Assembly: GCA_937928795.1 (NCBI GenBank)
Contig: CALFWB010000073.1
Span: forward strand, 1,521 to 65,520
Length of the DNA stretch: 64,000 nucleotides
Reading direction: 5' to 3'
Origin: an uncultured Anaerolineales bacterium
GTDB taxonomy: Bacteria > Chloroflexota > Anaerolineae > Anaerolineales > UBA4823
The translations under genes and the position numbers were made by a program. The notes beneath the pieces were generated by a model. It had not been told where the DNA came from, searched no databases, and worked only from the letters and a program-made list of their open reading frames with translations. How positions within the stretch are numbered: the first letter of the stretch is position 1; each line of letters starts with the position of its first letter. Below are positions 35,101 to 41,872 of this stretch, piece by piece.

Positions 35101-37310
35101 AGGATGGAGAGAAAACGGCTGAGCTTTTCGGCGTTATCGTCCCAGTACATCTCGAAGACCAAATCGCGCTGGTAAATCCCGCCATAGCCATCGTAGCCAT
35201 CCATGCGCAAGGGTAAGCCGTCATCCCAGGAGCTTTCGTTGGCTGGGGCAGCCCCGGCAAGCGTAAGCGCTGCGGCGGTCTCTCCCTCAAGGAAAAGAGT
35301 AAGCTGATATTGTTGGTCTTTTGCCACCGCAATGGGTTGTTCGAATGCGAGCGTTACTTCCTCGCCGCGGCGGTCGTTGAAAGAGAGGAAATCGCGGCGC
35401 ACGAAGGCGCTCCAAACCATTTCGGGCTGGGCGGCTTTGGCAAGGCTGAGGGTTAGGGTTTTTTCGGCGCGCAAGTCGGTCACATCTCGCACATGGGCGA
35501 GGGTAATTTGCTCAAGGTTGCCGCTGACGGCGGCGTTGAAGAAGGTGCGATAAGGTGTCTCAGCCGTGATGAGATGGTCATAAGGAAAGGGCAAAGGCTG
35601 GCGATAGAGACTGCCATCTTCCTTTCGGATGCTGAGGTGGATCGGGGCCGGCACATTTTGATAAATCCAGCGCGAAGCCTCAACTCGCGTCACCGGACGG
35701 GTGTAGATGCGGGTGAACGCCCATGCCCATAGGAAAGTCAAACTCAGCACCAGCAAGCCAATGAGGAGCGCAACTGCCCGCCGCAAGGTCTGGCTTTGCC
35801 AAAAGGAGCGCAGATCCTTTACTTGCTGCCATTGCCACAGCGCCACGATCGCCCAAGCCGCCATGATCGCCAAGCCGGGATAAGAGGGCAACTGATAGCG
35901 CATGGTTGGGTTAGGCTGTAAGGATTGCCAAGTGAAATAAAAAGCCGTCCAAGCCCATAAGACCCCATGGAGAGCGACCTCTCCCTTGAGCAACCGCCAA
36001 CCCATCCATAAGAAGCCTGCCCAAGCCATTAGCCCTAGAGGCAAACCCAAGCCCCAGACGGTTAGGTTTTGCCAGGAGAACCAGCGCGGGCGGCGCGCCC
36101 ACTGGAGCGCCGGCGGAAAATCGACATCGCCGGCGCTTTGATTGCGTTGTTCACGGATGTTCGCCACCCAAGCTGGATTCGGTTTTACGCCGAAGAAGCC
36201 CGGGCCAGCAAAGGCATAAGGTTGAAAGAGGCGGAAAGTCAGGATGCTCACTGCACCAGCCGCAACCAAACAGAGAACAGCTTGATTCCAGAACGTAGTT
36301 GGCATTTGCTCCTGCCAGTCCGTTTGGTGGGCTTTCCAATAGCGCAGCGCAAAAGCCAGCGGGAGCAGAAAAGCTAAGGGATAAGCGGTCAATTTGGAAG
36401 CCATGGCACAACCAAAACTGACCCCAAACGCCAAGCTCGTCAGGAAAAGGGGAGAGCGCAGCTCTTGAATCCACCATCTCCCCTTGCTCTGTAGGAGAGA
36501 TGCCGAGAGTGAGGACTGCTCCTCTCTCGCCGTGGGAGAGGGGTCGGGGCGCCGCCCTGAGCTTGCCGAAGGGATGAGGGATGTCTCCTCTCGCTCCATG
36601 GGAGAGGGGTCGGGGCGCCGCCCTGAGCTTGCCGAAGGGGTGAGGGATGTCTCCTCTCGCTCCATGGGAGAGGGGTCGGGGCGCCGCCCTGAGCTTGCCG
36701 AAGGGGTGAGGGACAATTCCTCTCCCCGCGGGAGAGGGGTCAGGGGTGAGGGCTGACCAACCAACCTTACCGCCAAATACACTCCCAGAAAGATAAAGAA
36801 ATTAAGAAAGGTGTCTTCTTTGAAAAAGTGCGAAAGTTGAATCGGCAGAACAGCCAAGCCATAAAACGCAGCCGCCAATAAACTCACTCCCCTGCCATAC
36901 AAGCGCAGAGCGGTTGCAGCTACCAAATATAAGGTCAGTAGATCGAAAATCGCCGATAACGGGCGGCCAACGGTGAGCATCTCGCGAAACCCCGAATGTC
37001 CGTAGATGCTCTCGACCAAATAGCGCGCTAAGAACATGGGTAGCGTGCCATAGACGAAGAAGCCATGCCCGCGATTATGGGGGTTCAGCGATGAATTGGC
37101 TGTGTCAAAGTATTCGCTCAGGCTCTTAACCGGGGCAATATCCGAGCCGACCCAAACCAAAAAACGTTCATCGGGGTGCAGGTATTGCTCTTCACCCCAG
37201 TTGATTCCCACGAAGCGGAAATAAGTGGCTATCCCCAAGATCACCATCAGACCAAGCCAATAAAGCCATGCAGGAAGCGATTGGCGTCCGTGACGAGAAG
37301 TTTGCATCAT
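32166..37310 (-). CDS. 1714-aa fusion membrane protein: N-terminal GT-C-like module plus C-terminal DUF2298 (YYY) module
   Basis: The N-terminus has HPDERFL in the first loop, then TM helices and a large soluble domain. From about residue 870, DDRGYPLSRIFGLLLLSYFVW and GGYLNYYYYGFVL parallel the stand-alone DUF2298 gene. The stop overlaps the downstream start (ATGA). Confidence 0.75.
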   Translation of the reverse strand: MMQTSRHGRQSLPAWLYWLGLMVILGIATYFRFVGINWGEEQYLHPDERFLVWVGSDIAPVKSLSEYFDTANSSLNPHNRGHGFFVYGTLPMFLARYLVESIYGHSGFREMLTVGRPLSAIFDLLTLYLVAATALRLYGRGVSLLAAAFYGLAVLPIQLSHFFKEDTFLNFFIFLGVYLAVRLVGQPSPLTPLPRGEELSLTPSASSGRRPDPSPMEREETSLTPSASSGRRPDPSPMEREETSLIPSASSGRRPDPSPTAREEQSSLSASLLQSKGRWWIQELRSPLFLTSLAFGVSFGCAMASKLTAYPLAFLLPLAFALRYWKAHQTDWQEQMPTTFWNQAVLCLVAAGAVSILTFRLFQPYAFAGPGFFGVKPNPAWVANIREQRNQSAGDVDFPPALQWARRPRWFSWQNLTVWGLGLPLGLMAWAGFLWMGWRLLKGEVALHGVLWAWTAFYFTWQSLQPNPTMRYQLPSYPGLAIMAAWAIVALWQWQQVKDLRSFWQSQTLRRAVALLIGLLVLSLTFLWAWAFTRIYTRPVTRVEASRWIYQNVPAPIHLSIRKEDGSLYRQPLPFPYDHLITAETPYRTFFNAAVSGNLEQITLAHVRDVTDLRAEKTLTLSLAKAAQPEMVWSAFVRRDFLSFNDRRGEEVTLAFEQPIAVAKDQQYQLTLFLEGETAAALTLAGAAPANESSWDDGLPLRMDGYDGYGGIYQRDLVFEMYWDDNAEKLSRFLSILDQADYIFISSNRQWGTVPRVPERYPLSTTYYRLLIGCPEEKDVIWCYNVAQPGQFQGKLGFELVQVFESFPSLGKWRINDQFAEEAFTVYDHPKVLIFRKSVDYDSLSVRRLLTAVDLSKVIHLTPRKASQFPGLLLLPPDRLREQQSGGTWSELFNRNALQNRDHLIAILVWYLTLSLLGWGVYPLTRQVFAGLDDRGYPLSRIFGLLLLSYFVWLLGSVRVPFERLTISLVFGVLLLVSFAVALLDRQGLSQEIRQRKKQFLWVEMLFLAFFIFDLFIRLGNPDLWHPWKGGEKPMDFAYFNAILKSTSFPPYDPWYAGGYLNYYYYGFVLMGVPVKWLGIVPAIAYNLILPTTFSLIALGAFSLGWNLVARWRTSAAVTNKPNFTLNWVSGLAAALGMAVLGNLGTLRMILNGYQKLAAPGGSIEGANLLIRAVWTVQGFIEVLKGMNLPYSLGDWYWIPSRAIPAPNDVEPITEFPFFTVLYGDPHAHLFALPLALLTLAFALSFLLLPQIKPKLQTVARLAIGGLLIGVLRPTNYSDYYPYLALVSAIVAYRLLRPALRAEDAEGEPIAQLGKAWLRASASALFGVGLLVLTSNLWFYPFTRWLGWGYSDINLWKGTHTPSFSYLVHWGLFLFVIVSWLIWETIDWMAKTPLSALQKLKPYLPWIGYAGFVLVAVIIGLMAWLQVAIAWIVLPLAAWAGVLILRHDQPDEKRFALFLVGTGLMVTLMVEVVVVAGDIGRMNTVFKFYLQVWTMFAVVAGAALGWLLPSLLIWRSTWGNLWKSVFLFLVLSAALYPITATTAKVKDRMSEAAPHNLDGMAFMASSKYTDSWGEMDLSQDYRAILWMQDNVKGSPVIVEANLRDLYRWGSRFSIYTGLPGVVGWEWHQQQQRTILPATWVTQRIEEIEAFYRTLDLQEAMNFLEKYQVRYIILGQQERGKYAGPGLEKFEAANGLLWRAVYRDGQTVIYEVNRP
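36518..36752. repeat. tandem array: 3 x 66 bp plus a partial fourth unit, in frame within a CDS
   Basis: Units at 36518-36583, 36584-36649 and 36650-36715 are near-identical. The partial unit is 36716-36752. It encodes 22-aa repeats MEREETSLTPSASSGRRPDPSP. Confidence 0.9.
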
Positions 37311-37356
37311 AGCCCTATGATAACACTCCCTAGCAGGGTGAGATGAGCCATTGCGG

Positions 37357-39810
37357 TTAAGGACTTAACCCTTCGGGTATCAGCCCAGGGTTGGGCGGGA
37401 CGAAATACAGGTAGAAATTCTTGCCCTCCCACGGGGATCGCTGTTCCTGCCAACTACCCAATGGATAAACTCGTTGCAGGGCTTCAAGGCCGGCCGTGTC
37501 TTCGGGTTTGACGATAAACAGCTTTGGACCTTCAAAAGCTAAAGTTTCTTCGAGTTGATCTGGCCAAATGGCGTAGTCCTTGAGCGGAAAGCCGGCATTC
37601 ATTCCCACCAAGCGCGTGTCCACCCAATGTGGATAAGCAACCACCCAAGCCGTGTGCGGCGTGCCAATGGTAGTAGCAAATTCACGGATGATCTTGCCCA
37701 TCTGGCTAGTATTCCAAGCAGATTGGGCGTATTGTGTGTAATATTGACGGAAAACCAGATCGTAATCTTGCCACATGCCTAAACCGAGCAGAGAGAAAGC
37801 AAGCAGCCATCCTATGGAGCGCCGCCAACCACCTTGGAAGGCATTTTCAAAGGGGCGAATTAGCGCCTCTAAGCCCAAGGCAGCTAGGATAAAGACCGGA
37901 ACGATCGCCCCCGACGTGCGGTTCAGGATCGGATTCTCATCGGGGAAGGCAAGGGATAAGACAGAAGGCAACAATAATAACGGAATAGAAATCAGTAAGA
38001 AGAGGTCAAGCCACTCCAAGCGACGTACATAGCGCACCAGCACCAGCAGGCTGCCAATAAAGAACAACGCTGCCGAAACCACACTCAAGGCTGGCCGTCC
38101 GGGAATTGAGACAACCCACACATTGCCATTGTTCCAGAAAAACATGATCAGCGCCTTCCAAAGGTTGCTGAAGAAAATTTGGATAGCCGGCTGGTCAAGT
38201 GGCTTTTCGAGGTCGGTTAGGCGGGTGAGGCCGCGGTAGAAAAACATCTCGGGGTTTTGCACGGCGTAGCGCAGGAGAGGTAAAAAGACAATAAAGGAGA
38301 TCATCACGATCATCATCAGCCCAATGATCAGAGCGCGGCGGTGCTGCGGCTCGGCACGATGGAGAAGGGCTAAGCCAACGGCAGCCAATACGACCAGAGG
38401 AACGAGCCGAAAGGGGGAATAGCCGTGCAACCCCAGCCCTAGGAAAAGGCCGCAGAGAATGAAATCTCTCGCATTCGGGCGGCGCAGGGCACGGATGAGA
38501 TAATAAAGCGTCGGAGCAACAAAGAGCGGATAGAGACTGAAGCGCAATCCCACCCGTGTAATGACATTCAACCAATAGGAAACGCCCGCCAAGACCATGG
38601 CAAAAAGCCCAACGCGGCGGTTGGCAATTTCTTGCCCTAAAAGGTACAGATAGGCCAAGGCCAGCAGCCCGGCAATCGTAGTGCCGAGCTTCAAGCTCAT
38701 AAAGCTCAAGCCTGTGCCAAAGAGCTTTGCCACGGCAGCAGTGAGGAACATTTGAAATGCCTCGCGCCCGGTATTGCGGGGATAGAAGATTTGCCACTTG
38801 CCCTCCAGCACATCGGCAACGTCGAGCAGTTTCTCAGCGTGGTCGCTGACCATCTCAGGCGGCACCTCTGCTAAGCGGTAGAAACGAAAGAAGAGCAGGA
38901 CAAGCGCAGCCAAAAAGAGCAGCACTGTCCAGCGGGTGATACGCACTTGCCATTCCTGCGCCCGTAGCCACTGGGTGCTCCTCGTGATCCATTCAAAGGA
39001 AAGCCAGCGCAGAGGATAGAAGGCGCGCACCATAAACCCGATGGAGAGCGCCCATAGGATCAGGTTGAGCGGATTAAACGCCCCGCCACCAAAGGTAAGG
39101 AAAGCCAAAACAGCGCTGACCCAGGCGGCCGCAAAAGCGGGCAGGTGGAGGCGAAATTCCATCTCCTCCCTTGTCCCCTGAGCGAGGGGCTTGGGGCGTT
39201 GTACTGAGCTTGCCGAAGTACGTTGTACTGAGCTTTCCGAAGTACTTGTCGAAAGGTGAGAGTCTTTCTCATCCTCCTTTGGGAGAGGGGATGTGGGCAC
39301 TTCGAGAGCAAACTTTAGGCTGGCAACGATCAACACCAGCGCCGCCATTCCATAAAAGAGAGCTCCAAGAGTGGCATCCGGTCGAGGAGGTTCGAGCGAG
39401 ATTTGGGCAAACAAAGCCAAAGTCAAGACCGAGAGGCTACTGAGCATCCCCAATCGCTCTATTCGGGAGAGCCGCCGAGATGGCGTTTGGACTTGCGCAG
39501 CAGAGACCCCAGCAGAGAACGGCTCAGTAAGATGGTTTCCCGACTGCTCGGATGGGAGCGCAACAACCGTCTCGCCCAGATTTGACAAAGACCGGCGAGC
39601 TTCTTCGGCGGTCGTTTGGGCTGGCGTCTCTGCTTCTGCCGCGGCTTCAAAGGACCGGGCTGCTTGGATGGTCGGTTTTTGCCTCAATTCCCTGAAGTGA
39701 GCGGGCAAGTGCCGCCAGTCTTTCAACAGCGATTTGACGTAATCGAGAACGCTAGGCTCTTCCAAAGGACGATGATCCCAAACTAAGTGATGGATGCCCC
39801 AATGATACAT
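37357..39810 (-). CDS. GT-C-fold (family 39/ArnT-PMT-like) membrane glycosyltransferase-like protein
   Basis: Multi-TM core with an acidic first-loop segment (SDHAEKLLDVADV) and a C-terminal soluble domain. I trimmed the start to the ATG at 39810 because the ORF-track N-terminus (MSCPTKQCCQQ) is a translation of the MITE-like repeat. Confidence 0.7.
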   Translation of the reverse strand: MYHWGIHHLVWDHRPLEEPSVLDYVKSLLKDWRHLPAHFRELRQKPTIQAARSFEAAAEAETPAQTTAEEARRSLSNLGETVVALPSEQSGNHLTEPFSAGVSAAQVQTPSRRLSRIERLGMLSSLSVLTLALFAQISLEPPRPDATLGALFYGMAALVLIVASLKFALEVPTSPLPKEDEKDSHLSTSTSESSVQRTSASSVQRPKPLAQGTREEMEFRLHLPAFAAAWVSAVLAFLTFGGGAFNPLNLILWALSIGFMVRAFYPLRWLSFEWITRSTQWLRAQEWQVRITRWTVLLFLAALVLLFFRFYRLAEVPPEMVSDHAEKLLDVADVLEGKWQIFYPRNTGREAFQMFLTAAVAKLFGTGLSFMSLKLGTTIAGLLALAYLYLLGQEIANRRVGLFAMVLAGVSYWLNVITRVGLRFSLYPLFVAPTLYYLIRALRRPNARDFILCGLFLGLGLHGYSPFRLVPLVVLAAVGLALLHRAEPQHRRALIIGLMMIVMISFIVFLPLLRYAVQNPEMFFYRGLTRLTDLEKPLDQPAIQIFFSNLWKALIMFFWNNGNVWVVSIPGRPALSVVSAALFFIGSLLVLVRYVRRLEWLDLFLLISIPLLLLPSVLSLAFPDENPILNRTSGAIVPVFILAALGLEALIRPFENAFQGGWRRSIGWLLAFSLLGLGMWQDYDLVFRQYYTQYAQSAWNTSQMGKIIREFATTIGTPHTAWVVAYPHWVDTRLVGMNAGFPLKDYAIWPDQLEETLAFEGPKLFIVKPEDTAGLEALQRVYPLGSWQEQRSPWEGKNFYLYFVPPNPGLIPEGLSP
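39172..39297. repeat. repeat-derived in-frame insert including a 2 x 24-bp tandem
   Basis: GTTGTACTGAGCTTGCCGAAGTAC (39198-39221) and GTTGTACTGAGCTTTCCGAAGTAC (39222-39245) are flanked by CCCCTGAGCGAGGGG and GGGAGAGGGG. It shares CTGAGCTTGCCGAAG with the 66-bp array. Confidence 0.75.
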
Positions 39811-39846
39811 CAAGCTGGAAGAGCAGACAAGACAGGATTTAGGCGA

Positions 39847-39924
39847 GTGTGCACTCAAAAGTTGTTGGCAACATTGCTTTGTAGGACAACTCATTGAGTT
39901 GTCCTACAACTTCTGCGTGGACAC
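39847..39924 (+). repeat. 78-bp MITE-like palindromic element, copy 3
   Basis: Lies in the divergent intergenic region between 39810 (-) and 39969 (+). The central base of the palindrome is T instead of A. Confidence 0.85.
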
Positions 39925-39968
39925 TTTAGGCGAACATGGTAAAATGCTCTCAACACGGGAGAGGCAGA

Positions 39969-41744
39969 ATGGAGTTTCATCACCTATACCTTATCGCAGT
40001 TGTCATTGGCGCCGTCGTTTTATTTTCTCTAGAAATCTTTTCCGTTGATACCATCGCACTCGTGGTTCTTCTAAGCCTAATTGCGGGCGGGGTTTTGCCC
40101 TTAGACGAGGCATTTCTCGGCTTTGGCAGTGAAACGATCATCATTATTGTTGGCTTGTTGATCCTGACCGCTTCGTTGGTGCGCAATGGGGTGATTGAGT
40201 TGATCAACGCCCGTTTGCTGGCAAATGTGCGCGGCGACTCGACCCGCCTAACCCTGCTGCTGATGGCAGTTGTTTCGGCTATCAGCAGTTTTATCAGTAA
40301 TACGGCTGCCACAGCTTTGTTTATTCCGGTTGCTAGCAGTGTTGCTCGGCGCACAAACACTTCTCTGTCCAAGGTTTTGATGCCGGTTGCCTATGCAGCC
40401 ATCCTTGCTAGCTCGGTCTCCTTAATCGCTTCTTCCACCAATGTGGTGGTCAGCGGCTTTATGCTTCAGTATGATCTGCCGGCCTTGGGGGTATTTGAAT
40501 TGACCCCGGTCGGGCTGCCGATCGTTTTGATCGGACTCGTTTATATGGGATTTTTGGGCATTCGCCTGATCCCGCAGCGCGAAACGCCCCACCGTCTGAG
40601 TGATGAGTTCGGCTTGCGTTCTTATTTGACCGAGATCGTCGTGCTGCCCGATTCGCCTTTGGTGGGAAAGACATTTCGGGAAGCCAACATCGGTGCGCTG
40701 TTGGACATCAATGTCGTGGCTTTATTGCGCGGCGATCAGCAGATCACCAACCCTGATGCCTATCAGACGATTCATGCCAACGACGTTTTGCTGGTTGAAG
40801 CTACGCGCGATCAAATCCTCAATATAAAAGAAGTGACCGGTTTTGAATTAGCACCCCAAGCTGCCTTTTCTAACCACGATCTAGACCAATTAGAAAAGCG
40901 TTTGTACGAAGCAATTATCTTACCCCGCTCTTACTTAATCGGGCGGACCTTGCGCGGAGCAAACCTGCGTCGTCGTTTTGGGGTAAACGTTTTAGCCATT
41001 CATCGCCAAGAAGAGACTCTAACTCAGAAATTGAGCCATATTGTTCTGCGGTTGGGGGATGTCTTATTGGTGCAAGGCGACGCAGATGCAATAGCCGCAT
41101 TGGAGAACAACTTTTTCTTACGCATCCTCAACCCGGTTGAGGAGCGCCAGATCGACACGCGGCGTACCCGCTTGAGCGTCCTGATTTTTGCTGGCGTTTT
41201 GTTAGCGGCCGCTTTAGGGATCGTGCCGCTGGCGGTTGCAATTCTGACGGGTACAATATTGGTCTTCTTAACACGCTGTATCACCCCCGAAGAAGCCTAT
41301 CGCGAGGTGGAATGGAAAATTGTCATTCTCATCGGGAGTATGCTGGCTTTGGGGGTAGCCATGGAACGGAGTGGAACGGCCGCATTTCTAGCCCGACAAC
41401 TGGTTAGGTGGGTGGGAGATGCCAATCCTCTGTGGCTGCTCAGTGGTTTTTTCTTCCTTTCGATGATCTTAACTCAACCGATGTCCAATCAGGCTGCTGC
41501 AGCGGTTGTCTTGCCTCTGGCAATTCAGACTGCTTTGCAGTTGGATTTGAATCCGCGCCCCTTTGCCGTCATGATTGCCGTGGGTGCCAGCACGTCCTTT
41601 ATCACCCCTTTAGAGCCGGCTTGTTTGATGGTTTATGGTCTGGGACACTATCGCTTCTTTGATTTCGTCAAGGTGGGCTTCTTGCTCACGCTGTTTATCT
41701 TTGCCATAGCGATTTTGCTCGTGCCGTTGATCTGGCCGCTCTAG
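39969..41744 (+). CDS. SLC13/DASS-family permease with two central TrkA_C (RCK_C) domains
   Basis: Two RCK_C-like segments (LTEIVVLPDSPLVGKTFREANI... and YEAIILPRSYLIGRTLRGANL...) sit between two multi-TM halves. ATG at 39969 after GGGAGAGG. Confidence 0.85.
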   Translation: MEFHHLYLIAVVIGAVVLFSLEIFSVDTIALVVLLSLIAGGVLPLDEAFLGFGSETIIIIVGLLILTASLVRNGVIELINARLLANVRGDSTRLTLLLMAVVSAISSFISNTAATALFIPVASSVARRTNTSLSKVLMPVAYAAILASSVSLIASSTNVVVSGFMLQYDLPALGVFELTPVGLPIVLIGLVYMGFLGIRLIPQRETPHRLSDEFGLRSYLTEIVVLPDSPLVGKTFREANIGALLDINVVALLRGDQQITNPDAYQTIHANDVLLVEATRDQILNIKEVTGFELAPQAAFSNHDLDQLEKRLYEAIILPRSYLIGRTLRGANLRRRFGVNVLAIHRQEETLTQKLSHIVLRLGDVLLVQGDADAIAALENNFFLRILNPVEERQIDTRRTRLSVLIFAGVLLAAALGIVPLAVAILTGTILVFLTRCITPEEAYREVEWKIVILIGSMLALGVAMERSGTAAFLARQLVRWVGDANPLWLLSGFFFLSMILTQPMSNQAAAAVVLPLAIQTALQLDLNPRPFAVMIAVGASTSFITPLEPACLMVYGLGHYRFFDFVKVGFLLTLFIFAIAILLVPLIWPL

Positions 41745-41810
41745 GAATAGATTCGCTGGCTGATGGCAAGGCTTCTCAAAATTTTAATCCTTTGGGAGAA
41801 AACAGCTTGA

Positions 41811-41871
41811 CGAGCGCAGCGAGGATTTCGCACTTGTCACTTCGACCAGCGCAGCGAGGAGAAATCTTAAG
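41811..41871. repeat. GTCAYTTCGA-family dispersed repeat fragment
   Basis: CGAGCGCAGCGAGGATTTCGCACTTGTCACTTCGACCAGCGCAGCGAGGAGAAATCTTAAG, between convergent genes. Confidence 0.45.
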
Positions 41872-41872
41872 A

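Noticed and set aside
36518-36752. Possible CRISPR array, suggested by the regular 66-bp periodicity.
   Set aside because: The units are contiguous with no unique spacers. They sit in frame inside a long CDS. No cas genes are present in the window.
25479-39810. Interpreting the giant-membrane-protein region as a horizontally acquired island.
   Set aside because: There are no integrase or transposase genes and no flanking direct repeats. I see no obvious compositional break by eye. Housekeeping cmk and plsC are embedded in the same operon.
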